64,000 bases of DNA from Octopus vulgaris (taxonomy: Eukaryota). The notes beneath the pieces were generated by a model that did not search any database, had not been told where the DNA came from, and worked only from the letters and a program-made list of their open reading frames with translations. The stretch spans positions 71,796,001 through 71,860,000 of the forward strand of contig OX597816.1 in assembly GCA_951406725.2 (NCBI GenBank), given 5' to 3'. This document shows positions 27,495 to 40,373 of this stretch, piece by piece. A program made the translations under genes and the position numbers. Numbering within the stretch: position 1 is the first letter of the stretch; each line of letters starts with the position of its first letter.

Positions 27495-27578
27495 ATGTGT
27501 GATGTGTGTGCATGTATGTATGTGTGCATGTATGTATGTATGTATGTATGTATGTATGTATGTATGTATGTATGTATG

Positions 27579-27609
<31 letters not shown>

Positions 27610-27642
27610 GTATGTGTGTATGCATGCATATGTATGCAAGTA

Positions 27643-27698
<56 letters not shown>

Positions 27699-27979
27699 CG
27701 TATATGCACGTATGTATGTATATGTATATATGTATATGTATGTATGTATGAATGTGTGTGTATGTATGTGTATTTATGTATGCATGGATATATGTATGTA
27801 TTTATGGGCATGTATATACGTATACGTATGTATGTAAGTGTATGTATGTATATCTGTATGTATGCATGTATGTTTGTATGTATGTATGTATGTATGTATG
27901 TATGTATGTGTGCATATATGTATGTGTGTATACGTGTATGTATGTGTATGTATGCATGAATTAATTTATGTATGTATGT

Positions 27980-28019
<40 letters not shown>

Positions 28020-28070
28020 CATAACATACATACATACGTACATACATATATGTGTGTGTGTGTGTGTGTC
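27495..28070. repeat. Compound (TATG)n/(TA)n microsatellite
   Basis: Seen directly in the sequence. Confidence 0.95.
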
Positions 28071-28877
28071 TATGTTTGTGTGTTTGACGGAGAAAGATAG
28101 GCAAAGAATAACCGTATTATAGAGACCATTTTTTCTTTTTAAGTTTTTGGATCCTGACCATAAAGGAAGTGTTATATTTCCTATTTTTAATTGGACTTTC
28201 TAATATGCTAACATCAATTCAGTGAGGCTGCAAGAAAAAAAACTGTAATATATATTGATAAAAATCTATTTTGTTGCCAATGTGGACTTTAATCTGAATG
28301 GTAGAAATAACTGATGGAATACTGGGTATATTCCAATGTTGAAGGTATCTCTCTGACACATTGCAACAGATTTATCACTTCGTTATTCTTATGCAACATT
28401 TTTCATCGTTGTTCTTATTACTATAATCGTGTAAGAGATGCTGTTGTGAAATTTTATCTCTGCGAAGAATTGATTCAAAAACACAGCTACTATTTCCAAA
28501 CTGGAACCAAGCTGTTGTTGTTATTGTTGTTATTGTTTTCTCTCTTCAGCACTCTTCTACCGTTTCTACCCACAGCTTTTGCTCCATCTGGCTATGTTAT
28601 TTGAATGCTATTTCTTCTCCCTGAAACTGTCTCCCTTTCACTCGTCATCATTTTTGATATCTGACCTCTCAGTCTCCAGGCTCCACACTTAGCATTTACT
28701 CAATCATTCCTCTCCATAAGTGATCCCCACCTCTGGAATTTTCCTCTCTACCCAAATTGCTATTCGGGCTTAGAGTTATAGTTTTTGTTGTTGTTTAACC
28801 CCCGGATTAACCTTCATCCAGTGAACCTATGAAGAAGGACATGCAAGTGGTCATCAGCCAGGTCTCAATTCAAACAT

Positions 28878-28909
<32 letters not shown>

Positions 28910-29104
28910 CATCATCATCATCATCAACGTCATCATCATCAACGTCATCATATATCTTTATCTAATATGATATCAAGAAAGCTAACTATTCTTGAGGTTA
29001 GTGTTGACTATAATTTTCAAATTAAAACCTTTATATAAATCTATTAGTTTTCTCCCCTTAAATCTTCTTCGATATTCATGCTCTGTAATATTGATTTTAA
29101 ATTT

Positions 29105-29298
29105 TAGCGCAAGGCCAGAAAGATCGGGGAGAGTTGATAAGTCGATTACATCAATAACAGTGCTAAACTGGTCTGTATTTTATCGGTCCCGAAAGGCAAA
29201 AGTCGAAATCGGTTGAATTTGAACTCAAAACGTAAAGACAGCCAAAATGCCGCTAAGCACTTTGCTCGGCATCCTAACGACTCTGCCTGCTCGCCGCC
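29105..29298 (-). mobile_element. tRNA-derived SINE, family B
   Basis: Minus-strand head ggcggcgagc.ggcagagtcgttag...gagttcaaatt. Confidence 0.75.
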
Positions 29299-29394
29299 TT
29301 AATGTTATGTCATATAAAACGACTGTCAATGCAGTATATACACCCTGCAAAAGAATAAATATATTGTGCATCAGATACAATTTAAAATGACAAA

Positions 29395-29655
29395 TTAATT
29401 CACAAAGTTCAGTCTTGTCCTTTGATCCCATGTTAACATCAAAAGAATAATTACTAAACTCCAAAGAAAGAATTGCTATTTTTTTCAAACCCATACTTTG
29501 TTGTCAAAAGTCAATAGAGATTTTCTTCCATGCATAATGATTTCAATATCAGATTCACTAATGGGAATATGGTCGTTGATGACAGTTAATGCTTTTTGAA
29601 GTAAAGGTTTGGTAACGTAAGGGTAATAATCTATGATAGCAAACTGGGTGGATTC
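29395..29655 (-). pseudogene. Penelope-like element reverse transcriptase fragment
   Basis: QFAIIDYYPYVTKPLLQKAL..ISESDIEIIMHGRKSLL..VWV and SFDVNMGSKDKTELCELI resemble the PLE RT motifs FDI.EFYPSI and FDVTMGSYDGAEVCELVG. Confidence 0.8.
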
Positions 29656-30261
29656 ATATCGCTGTCTGTTACATTGTTCATATTGTTTCAGCCGTATGAT
29701 TGTGGCCATTTTCCATGATGTCTATTTAAAGCTTTATGCTTAGTACTGGATGAATGAAAGAGCACGATGTTGATCAGGAATTGTACTCAAGTAGCATGTC
29801 TGAATCGTTTTTCAAGGAACTGACATCTATAATATTTTATGTATGAATATTGAGAAGCCGTTGTCCTCTGAAAAACCAGTCTGTTGCAGTGCAATGCTCT
29901 CATTCGCTGTTGAATCACTTTATAACTGAAATAATGTTGTTCCAAGATGGTAAACTGGGATCTTTTCTTACTTTTAGGGATTATTTTGGGGGAAAAACTT
30001 ATTACCTTTTTTGTATCAGCCCAAGAATTATGAAGAAATTGGGTAAAAGGAAACTGTGTTGGAGCCCGTGAGATGTAACCTTACTTAAATTGGAAGTTAC
30101 AACCTTGCTACAAAGCCTCTATTTGAGGGTTACATTAAAGATATACGTGTCTGAGAAATACACAACCACTTGCACAATAATTCACTGAACATTTGGTTCT
30201 ATTGACAGACCAACTGGAAGGGTCATCGTCGAAGCCAAAAATTCTTGTATCTATTATAGAT

Positions 30262-30317
<56 letters not shown>

Positions 30318-30330
30318 GCGTACATATATA

Positions 30331-30590
30331 GAGGACAATAAAAACATTTGGACAGATAGGCGATACAAAGGCGGACAACAGAATCAACAATTAGAAGGAC
30401 AGACAAAAAAGATGAGTCATTCGTAGCCTTCTTTCCTCAGTCAAGTGCAAGATGTCACGGTAATTTCGGGCAGTTACACTTGAGATGGTTCGATCTGGTA
30501 GCCCCTAAAAAAGTCATAGCTAAGAACATTAGACTCCTTTGTAAGAAAGCTAGCGAATGTGTACGGCAACAAAGACAAAAAAATGATATA
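30331..30590. mobile_element. Probable PLE terminal fragment between microsatellites
   Basis: Similar to 515-768. Confidence 0.35.
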
Positions 30591-30721
30591 CACACATACA
30601 CACATACACATATACATACATACATACATACATACATACATACATACATACATACATACATACATACACGTGTTATGTGGTTATGTCTGAGCGTCCATGT
30701 ATGCGTGTAAGAGTGCGTGCT

Positions 30722-30777
<56 letters not shown>

Positions 30778-31023
30778 TGTGTTTGTGTGTGTGGTATCCA
30801 AACTAGTGAACATGAATCACTTACAATCGGTCTGTTTAGCTGTCGTAACCACTACCCTACCTACCTACCGCTCCGTTAGTACACAACTTGAATCTCATTT
30901 GTAATTAATTTTGTAATCGGCAAGTTACTGTCAACAAAGCCAAGCTGTTATTCCACTCGTCTCAATATGCACACTCTAATACACACACACACACACAAAT
31001 GCGTCACGTCACATATAGGGACC

Positions 31024-31096
<73 letters not shown>

Positions 31097-31475
31097 GCAC
31101 AAATCGACATACTTCATAATAAATGGACATAATAATACATAAAAGCACATAGCAAAACACACACGTATGTCTCCGCACATAAACACATATGCACACACAG
31201 ACACAAGCCCACGCACACACACGCACGCACACACACGTTAACATCGCAACATACATAGTCATATGGAAACACATACAAATAGATACGCTGCGTCGTTTCC
31301 AATTTTTTTTTATATTTAGGTGAAGAGCGTTAGAGGAAAGTGGTGAAGAGGAATCTATGTTATTTGACTAAATGCCAATGAAGGCAATTACATAACAGAC
31401 AAATGTAATGAATGATTCAACGCAGGTTCAAGTCTATATTAAACTCTGTTGCCATTTTTGTAATTGACTTACATG

Positions 31476-31510
<35 letters not shown>

Positions 31511-31514
<4 letters not shown>

Positions 31515-31878
31515 CGGAGATGTACTCGCATAGCAAGTGATTTAATCTGAGATCGTGTGCTGGAACGAAAACAATTGCAGCGTGGAAGGTGTTTGTAAGC
31601 CATTTAAGAAACACACAAAAGCCGTTCGATTCACTTCAACATTTAAGTTTAATTTGTCAAAATATTTTCGTCGCTAAAATCCGCGACCTGTTCACTGACA
31701 AAAATCCGTGCTGCATCTCTGACAAAAATCCGTGATGCAGCACGGATTTTTGTCAGTGAACAGGTCGCGGATTTTAGCGACGAAAATATTTTGACAAATT
31801 AAACTTAAATGTTGAAGTGAATCGAACGGCTTTTGTGTGTTTCTTAAATGGTTTAAAAGCACCTTCCACGCTGCAATT

Positions 31879-31882
<4 letters not shown>
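31511..31882. mobile_element. Fold-back element in (TA)n with 149 bp near-perfect arms, probably PLE-derived
   Basis: Arms 31569-31717 and 31734-31882. The loop repeats ctgacaaaaatccgt. Hammerhead-like stems at 31750-31798. Confidence 0.8.
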
Positions 31883-31935
<53 letters not shown>

Positions 31936-31941
<6 letters not shown>

Positions 31942-32990
31942 TAGATAAACTTAGATAAACTTAGATATGTTTCGACCAAAGATTGGTCCAGGCCATGTCT
32001 AACTTAATAGCACCACCTGATAGGATTATCTAAATCCTGTTTAAGTCAAGTTTTGTTTATGGTCCATTCAAGTAGTGAGTTTTTGTTGGGTGAGTTGTAT
32101 CCAATTATGGGTGACTTATCTGGTATTCCTTGAAGGAATCTATCCAAACTCCGTTTAAAGTTGATGGGATCCTTTTCCTCTTTGATCTCTTTCGGGACAA
32201 TATTAAATAGGGCAGGGCCTGTTGAGGAAAAGAAATTATGTTGCAGTGAACATATATGCTGTGATCTTGAATTGAGCAGGGGACGTATGGCCCGTGGTCC
32301 CAGTCTTGGATGAACCTTGAAGCTAATGTTCAGGTCGTTTGGGCAAAGTTGGCGGTATATTCTCCACATCGTACAAATGATGTACCGCTCACGGCGACGC
32401 TGGAGAGAATAGAGTTTCAAGGCTTTAAGGCGGTCCCAATAATCGAGAGCAGCCATGCTTTCAATTCGTTTAGTGAGTGCCCTCTGGGGTGATTCAATCC
32501 TCGAGATGTTTTGTCTTGTATGGGGAGACCACAGTGAGCAGCAGTATTCGAGGGGAGGCCGTACAAAGGAGGAGAAAAGTGGTATGATGACACCTTGTTC
32601 TCTGGACCGGAAAGTTCTTAAGATCCAGGAACTCATCCTACGAGCTATATCGACCTTCTTGTTGATGTGTGCACTCCAACTGAGATCGTCATCAACAATT
32701 ACACCCAGGTCTCTGATATTGTTAGAGGCTGTGAGCGGTTCCCCTGAAGGAAGAGAGTATGGCTGTTTTAGTGAGGAATTTCTTCCAAAATGCATCAGCT
32801 CAAATTTTCCCTCGTTCAGTTGCATTTTGTTTCTGTCTGCCCATTGACTCACAGCACATAGATCAGACTGGAGTTGAGTTCGGTCTGCTTCTTCATTGAT
32901 GATTTGCTGGAGCTTAGTGTCATCAGCAAATATTTTCACTTTGCAGTAATGTACGACACTGGAAAGGTCGTTTATGTAAATTATAAAGAG
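31936..32990 (-). mobile_element. 5'-truncated CR1-type LINE (open RT C-terminal frame, 3' UTR and tandem tail)
   Basis: LFIIYINDL..KIFADDTKL, LQSDL..W..NKMQLN..K, RDLGVIVD..LSW..HI, VRPPLEYC..WSP and LYSLQRRRER. Stop at 32046. Tail (atctaagttt)x3 on the minus strand at 31937-31967. Confidence 0.92.
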
Positions 32991-33029
32991 TATATAAGCG
33001 TATATATGTATATATACATATATATATAA

Positions 33030-33314
33030 GGCGGCGAGCTGGCAGAAACGTTAGCACGCTGGGCGAAATGCGTAGCTGTATTTCATCTGTCGTCACGTTC
33101 CGAGTTCAAATTCCGCCGAGGTTGACTTTGCCTTTCATCCTTTCGGGGTCGATAAATTAAGTACCAGTTACGCACTGGGGACGATATAATCGACTTAATC
33201 CGTTTGTCTGTCCTTGTTTGTCCCGTCTGTGTTTAGCCCCTTGTGGGTAGTAAAGAAATATATATATATATATATATGGGCGCAGGAGTGGCGTCATTAT
33301 TATTATTATTATTA

Positions 33315-33368
<54 letters not shown>

Positions 33369-33613
33369 CATCATCATTATTATTAATGCGGCGAGCTGGC
33401 AGAATCGTTATCACGCTGGGCGAAATGCTTAGCAGTATTCCGTCCGCCGTTACGTTCTGAGTTCAAGCTCCACCGAGGTTGACTTTGCCTTTCATCCTTT
33501 CGTGGTCGACAAAATTAGTACCAGCTACTCACTGGGATCGATGTAATCGACTTAACCCCTTCCTCCAAGTTTGAGGCCTTGTGGCTTCCAGTAGAAAGGA
33601 TTATTATTATTAA

Positions 33614-33656
<43 letters not shown>

Positions 33657-33674
33657 ATTATCATTATCATTATT

Positions 33675-33736
<62 letters not shown>

Positions 33737-33935
33737 GAATAGCTGACAGAATCGTTAGCACGCCGGTTAAAATGCTTAGCAGCATTCCGTCTGTCTTTAT
33801 GTTCTAAGTTCAAATTCCGCCGAGGTCAAGTTTACTTTTCAATCTTCAAAAATAAGCTGAGCACTGGAGACGATGTAATCGACTGACCCTCTCTCCCAGA
33901 TTTTCAGATCCTGTGCCTTATTGTAGAACAAGTAT
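33030..33935 (+). mobile_element. Three SINE family B copies (33030-33260, 33388-33601, 33737-33935) separated by (TTA)n tracts
   Basis: ggcggcgagctggcagaa.cgttag..gagttcaaattccgccgagg..gcctttcatcctttcggggtcga. Confidence 0.88.
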
Positions 33936-35643
33936 TATTATTATTTCTTTCAAGAATGTAGTATGTAATCTGAGGAAGTTTTGATTCCTATTTCTTGCTG
34001 GTTGAATGGCTATATGATGTTTACCTCTGTCTAAACTGAGACAGTTATTCTTTTCGCTGTTGTTTAACACAAGGTCAGCTCTGATACGACAGACGTATGA
34101 TCAAAAATATTTCCACGTTTTGTGGTCATCAATTTTTTTTTTTTTCTATTTCTGGCATAGAAAATCTAGGGCTACAACTGCATTGTCAACATGTCTTTTG
34201 TTTATCAAGACTGTAGGATGTGTGATCTTACTGTTATTTTTAGCAGGACCGAGTGAAAACGTAGTGACGCCCTCGTTGACTTGATTATGGAGTTTGTATA
34301 AATAAATAATAGTCGGCAGAAAATGATTATCTTATAATCCTTCGCTTTATTTTACCTTTTGAACAAATATTGAATTCTAGCTTTTCAACAAGGCCAGGAA
34401 TGTGTAGAGGTAGTAGATCCATTTGTATCGATCCCCATATTTCACTGGTATGTATAGGCTGTAACATAACCCCATTAATCATTGACGATATTGTTTGATA
34501 GCTAACTTTTATTATAATTATCCTGTGTTGTTTCTTTTTCAGGCAATAACAGCCTTGTCAATAAAATACGATCGATGATTGTTTAGTAATAAAAGTCAAA
34601 CAATAAAATTTATTTGCTTCTCGTATTTTTTTACGACAATTTACCAGGCAATCATAATCCGTTCTATTGGCACAAACCGGAAATAAAACGTCAGTTCATA
34701 AGAATTCACAATTTTCCGAGCTAGAACAAGCAGACATTTATTTCTTCTCAATCACGTGACGATGATGTCATTAAGCTAGTTATACAAACCTACCTGTTTT
34801 TAGAAGATATTGAGACGCCATGTTCAGAAATTTCATGAGTTAGTAGGCAAAGAAGTTGAACATCTTACATAATAAGTTGCTACAACTGTCTTAGAGACGC
34901 CTATACAATGGAATGACTAACAACTTATTTGTTTGGAAATAGTTTCGTAGCATGCAAAACTATCAAGCTTATCAGCACAATGGAACGATGATGTCATTAA
35001 GCTATTCAAATCTACCTGTTTTAGTAATATCGATGTACCATGTTCAGAAATTTCGCTACCTCGCTGCTTGAGGAGTTGAACATCATACACAAGTTACTAC
35101 AACTGTCTTAGCCACGCCAAGAAAATATACTGACGAGTAAATTATTTTTCTTGTTATAAGTTTCATTGAATTCAAAACTGTCAAGTATATCGACAAGCTT
35201 TTGTCATTTAAATGATGCCTTTATACAACCTTGTAGTAGAGGTGCAGTTCTTTCGTTATTCTCTGATAAACGCCAGCGATTCAGTAAGGAAATATAGTGA
35301 CGTTTTCTAGAAGTGTTAAACCATCAAAATAAAGTCTGTCAATGCAAAGACGTCACCGCGAGGCAATAGAAAAAGAATCAGTACATGATTCTTTTATCTC
35401 TGGAATCATTAATGGTAAAATTCTTAAAGAATTATTAGTAAAAGCAGTTCTTAACCGTGAGGTTATTACTCCAAAAGTTTTGATGCTCAAACATGACGCT
35501 GATGATAATATATATATTTTTTTTTTTGTGCCAACTTTCTTGCAACACTGTGAAAAACGAAAACTTCAGAAGTATTTACACGAAAATTTTTAGGTATCAA
35601 GTCGCACAAACAAAAGACAACAATTTTCATCATAAAATAAATG

Positions 35644-35862
35644 TATGAAGAAGTGCTGAAAAGTCCCTGGCTTTGGGTAAAAGAAAATACAGGAGGATCA
35701 GTTAATTATGATTTTATTCAATATATTCCCTTCTCGGATACACACCTATTGCAGTAGTCTTTCAGTTTTTCCAAACCCTGTAAAAGAACTCGGGAGGTTG
35801 GGCCTCCACCCAGGCCTCTCGCGATACCCTTAAAACCAGGAACTTTTCTGCACCTTCTCGTA
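35644..35862. mobile_element. Mariner-type MITE
   Basis: TIRs tatgaagaagtgctgaaaagtccctgg and ccaggaacttttctgcaccttctcgta, with TA ends. Confidence 0.75.
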
Positions 35863-35907
35863 TACGTATGCTACTTCGGTAGAAATTTGTAACATCGGCA
35901 TATTAAC

Positions 35908-36136
35908 CGGCGAGCTGGCAGAAACGTTAGCACGCCGGGTAAAATGCGTAGCCGTATTTCGTCTGTCGTTACGTTCTGAGTTCAAATTGCGCCGGGGTCG
36001 ACTTTGCCTTTCATCCTTTCGGGGTCGATAAATTAAGTACCAGTTACGCACTGGAGTCGATGTAATCGACTTAATCCGTTTGTCTGTCCTTGTTTGTCCC
36101 CTCTATGTTTAGCCCCTTGTGGATAATAAAGAAATA
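35908..36136 (+). mobile_element. SINE family B
   Basis: Same consensus as 33030-33260. Confidence 0.88.
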
Positions 36137-36267
36137 TATATTGTTCGATTGATCGAATGTTGGTTTTGTCATTGATAAAGACATTTAAATGTAAAGAGAG
36201 GGTGACAGTCAATCAGAGAAAAGAGAAATGCTATCTCAATACAATAACGAACCATTTAATAAGTTCA

Positions 36268-36610
36268 TTATTTACATTATTTACATTTTGACGGATTTTG
36301 CCCTCATCTTAACCACTACGCCATATGCCCGTGGGCATATGGCGTAGTGGTTAAAAGCGTAGGCGACTAATCCCAAGACTCCCAATTCGATTCCCGGCAG
36401 TGACCTGAATAACAACAACAATAACAACAACAACAACATCGAAAAATACCTTAGGAATGAGAACCCAGGTTCAAAACCTCTCCAAGACACCTGATGAAGG
36501 CTGGAGGGTATATCAGCCAAAACGTTGTGTTAACAACAAACAAGATGAGGACAAATATCCGTCAATTGTAAATAATGTACATAATTCATCATCTCTTAAA
36601 TATAGAACTG
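36268..36610 (+). mobile_element. Short fold-back element with tRNA-like head and PLE-type minimal hammerhead
   Basis: Head gggcatatggcgtagtggttaa...aattcgattcccggcagtgacc (36333-36404), then (AAC)n, then acac-CTGATGA-a-GGCTG..CAGCC-aAAA-cg-tt-gtgt (36487-36530). Outer inverted repeat 36274-36310 / 36542-36579. Confidence 0.7.
36487..36530 (+). ncRNA. Minimal type-I hammerhead ribozyme motif (GAAA mutated to AAAA, probably inactive in this copy)
   Basis: Stem I acac/gtgt, core CUGAUGA, stem II GGCUG/CAGCC, palindromic ACGU stem III, GUU cleavage triplet. Confidence 0.6.
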
Positions 36611-39600
36611 TATCATTTAATAAGTTTTCGTAAAAATCTGTTTACAAGAATACAAATTGAGGGTTGTGGCATAGCTAGAGTGTGTGCCACCCAGGGCAGA
36701 CCTTACGATTGCACCCCACCACATGCCACTAAAACTAAGCAGGAATATACTTCAGTCTCAAACGTGCCACGCCCATAAAAGTGTCAAGGACCGCCCCCTA
36801 TCCACCCTAACAGCCTCATCCGCCCCTAGCTCCCTTAACACCCACCTAGCTTCTCTAGCTACACTACTGGCTGTGGGGCTAACTGTGCTATTGAAGCTAT
36901 ATTTATTTGTGAACTCAAGCTGATTGTTGTGATCGATAGAGGAGCCATCAAATTGTAAACCGTATAAAAAGCATACATTTTCTTTTTCAAATAGAAAATC
37001 TGAAAGAAAATGTCCTAACTACTGATGCGAAAATCTTACAAATGCATAAAAGATACTCAACTACCATAAAACTTCGAGATAAAAGCTATTCTAGCATCAA
37101 ATTGCAAATCATTTCCTTTTGTGTGGAGTCAGTTATCCGTGGCAGAAGATTTTATGTTGAGACATTCAAAATGACAATTTTTTTGTTGTTAGTTTAATGG
37201 TCCTAATGGAAATTTCACGACCGGTTGTCAATGTATCTTTTAAAACCGGAATTAATAAAAATCGGTTCTTATATTTGAATTTCTGAGTCACAAAGCAAAA
37301 CCTTTTTCCACTTGGTCTCGAAGATTTGGAATCCAAGACAGAATTCATTGAAGAAGAAATCAATCTATTGCAATACAATGATATCATTGAACCAAGTCTT
37401 TCGGATTAGTGGAACCAGGAACGGGAAAAAGGCGATTAGCGGTAGATTACAGTCGTACAGCCTATCAATACACCGCTTTCGACAATTTCTTAATTTCCTT
37501 GATTGAGGAAAGGGTTAATAATTTGACAAAACTTAACATCTTTTCTACACATGATCTCCGACTTTCACATCATCAAATACCACTTCCAGATTTTATAAGT
37601 ATTCATACAGGTTGTAGCAATCCTGTAGGGTTCTTGTTAGCCTTGCAAATTGGATATCTTGTTTGATAAAATAATTGACAATGACGATGTGAGCAATACT
37701 TTTGCCTACATAAATAACATGACAGTCACTGGAGATTCTCTAGCGAACCACGACCACGAATACTATAGACGAACTAATGGAAATAGTTCGCCAAATAAGC
37801 CACGAAAAATTAGTTTACTGAATATCAAAGATATCTAATCATAGTCACTCAATTTCAAACCAATCGCTTCTAAATGATCCAATAACTATAGAATCCCTCT
37901 TCACTATTTCTCTTTCATCAGAAAGTAAATCTTTGAAATATATGGCGAGTCTCTTCAATTACTACACTCAGTGAGTACACGGTTTTTCAAAAAGATTCGT
38001 TTAATAAAATGCACTTCATTTTCTCTTAAATCAAATGACATAATGGTATTCGAATCAATAAAATGTAGCACTGTAGGATCTGTTTTGGTTGTTATCGACG
38101 AAGAGGAAGCATTCCAAATATATATCTGATTATGCTATTGGTACAACTCGTTATCAAAATGCACCTTTTACTTTCTATCAAAAACAGAAATTTATAGTTC
38201 TGCAAGGGGAAGGAAGTTCGATCAATAGATGAAGTTTCTATTTCTCAGTAAAACATTGTTCAATTGTAACTCATGTTTAAAATCCTAGCTATATTTCCGC
38301 ACTAAACATTCTAAAATAAGAACGACAAAATTCAAAGATGGTGCATTAAAAATGCTGGAATATTTTTTCGATATTCGCCATCGTCCTGATTCACAAAATG
38401 TCGCTGCAGATGCGTTATTTTGGGTGTCTTCGATCGTAACAACTACATTAACGTTAAAACAATATGACGATTAACTAAGGCATCTAAAAATAACTTGGTA
38501 GCAGTCTATTTTGTAAACGGGTGCCATCATCTGTAGAACAACGAAGTCCGACTGAGACATAGTGACTGCTCAGTCTTTTCCCAGTTTTCCTTGTTATTTC
38601 CGCGATACTAACAGCAAATTGATTCAGATAGCTAAGCCCTTCGAAAGACTCAATAATCGTTTCAAGATAATCATTTCAAAGACCTAATAATTATTTCACT
38701 TCTTACTAACACAAACCACGCAAATATGTCAACACTTGTCGATGATTTTACATGCGTCTTTTTTACCGTCTTGCAAGTATCGACTTCTGAATATGCCTTA
38801 GTGACTGTGATATGTATCTGTTCTATTTGGTTGTACGACATTGCCTTGTGTGCAAAATTGGTCTTCCTTAGCAGAATATGTGCACATTTATGCGAGTTTT
38901 ACTCAAATTTTTTTCTATTTAAAGAAAGCGGTTTCACCTAGAAATTTCTTATGTGCACACGTTGTTTTCCGCGCTTAGTTGCAAAATGTGTGCGCGCGCA
39001 CAAGCGCACTGTTTAGAGTGGGGAACAGTAGTCCAGACATTCAACCAATATTAGTGTCATTCATGCAACAACAAAATTTCCGTTTGTCAGTAACAGTATT
39101 AACCAAGTAACCTTTCAGACTAGGATAATGAAATCTGGCATTCTAGCTGTAAAATAAGGCATCTTAAATTACTCATTGAAGAGATAGTGAGTTTTGTTTT
39201 CTAAAGCCAGAGGACATTGTAACATAATCTTCCATTAATCATCAAGTATATTATTAAATAGATGACTATAACATTTTATTTATACACTCTTATCTTGTTT
39301 GTTTATAGTATTATTATAATGTTTATATTATTACATTATTATTCTGTTTCAGACAGCGTTATGATTAAAGTTCAGTTGATGATTGTTTGGTAATAAATGT
39401 CAAATAATAAGATTTATTTGCTTTTCGTATTTGTTTTATGAGAGAGAGAGAGAGAAGGAGAGTTAAAAAGGAAAATTGACCCTGATGAAATTTGAATACA
39501 GAAAAGAAAGGGACGTAACTGAATATCGTACAGCGTTTAGTCCCAATACGCCACTGTTTCGGTTACTCACTGTCTCATCAGTCACCAGAACTAGGTGATC

Positions 39601-39669
39601 GAGGACCACCTCAACTTAACTCCACCAAACTCGCAGTACTGCTCCGCTCGTCACTTATGTCGTATTCAC

Positions 39670-40050
39670 CAATTTTGATCAAGGTGTCACATGACTAAAG
39701 GCATCCCTAATGTGACCATCCTTCTCCCTTCCCAGCCATTTAACACAGTGTAGCTAGAAGTATGCTATCATATCCTTCCTTTTTAAGACGTTAGGGTATA
39801 GTCTCAGAGAGAATTAGCTGCTATTTCTATAAGCTCAAAGTCCAAGAAGAAGTCTCCTGATTAGCTGAAGAATCTCTTTGAATTCCTAATGTGACCATCC
39901 AGTCTGTTTCCCAAGCATTGTATACACTGCATCCAGAAGTATAACATCCTTTGTGTCCTTCTTTTTAAGATGTTAGGTTATAATTTGACATGGATTTAGT
40001 TGCTATTTTTATAAACTCAAACGTCCACGAAGAGGTCTTCAAATTAGTTC
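39670..40050 (+). repeat. Two tandem copies of an old unclassified dispersed repeat
   Basis: cctaatgtgaccatcc...tttttaaga.gttagg...tagctgctatttcta. Related pieces at about 33950-34260, 55520-55730(-), 61500-61640 and 62570-62640. Confidence 0.6.
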
Positions 40051-40302
40051 AAGAGGATGTCATAGTGCTGTGTGACATGACCAAACCATTTCAATTTCTG
40101 CTTTTAACAATTGACAGAAATGTGCCGGGATTCGCACTCTTCAAAAACAATTTTCTTTTAACATTCTCGTTAATTTGATGTTCAGTAATGGTGAATACAA
40201 AGGGATTTTTTTCTATAACATTTCATTTAAAAAACATCCATGTTCTCTCTCACTCTCCCTTACTCTCTCTTCTTTCTTTCTTTCTTTCTTTCTTTCTCTC
40301 TT

Positions 40303-40373
<71 letters not shown>

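Larger units (their letters stand above)
34460..39440 (+). mobile_element. Decayed Gypsy-like LTR retrotransposon with both LTRs and nested insertions
   Basis: LTRs 34460-34638 and 39218-~39440 (tgtaacataa..ccattaatcat...gatgattgttt.gtaataaa.gtcaaa.aataa.atttatttgctt.tcgtattt). Gag-like ESVHDSFISGI..ILKELL, RT IFSTHDLRLSHHQIPL and TFAYINNMTVTG, RNase H FDIRHRPDSQNVAADAL, integrase KPFERLN. Order is gag-RT-RH-IN. Confidence 0.75.

Noticed and set aside
36333-36404. Possible genuine tRNA gene (also the SINE heads at 25121, 26134, 33030 and 63390)
   Set aside because: Acceptor and T stems are poor and the B box is degenerate. They are embedded in repeat bodies, so they are treated as tRNA-derived heads.
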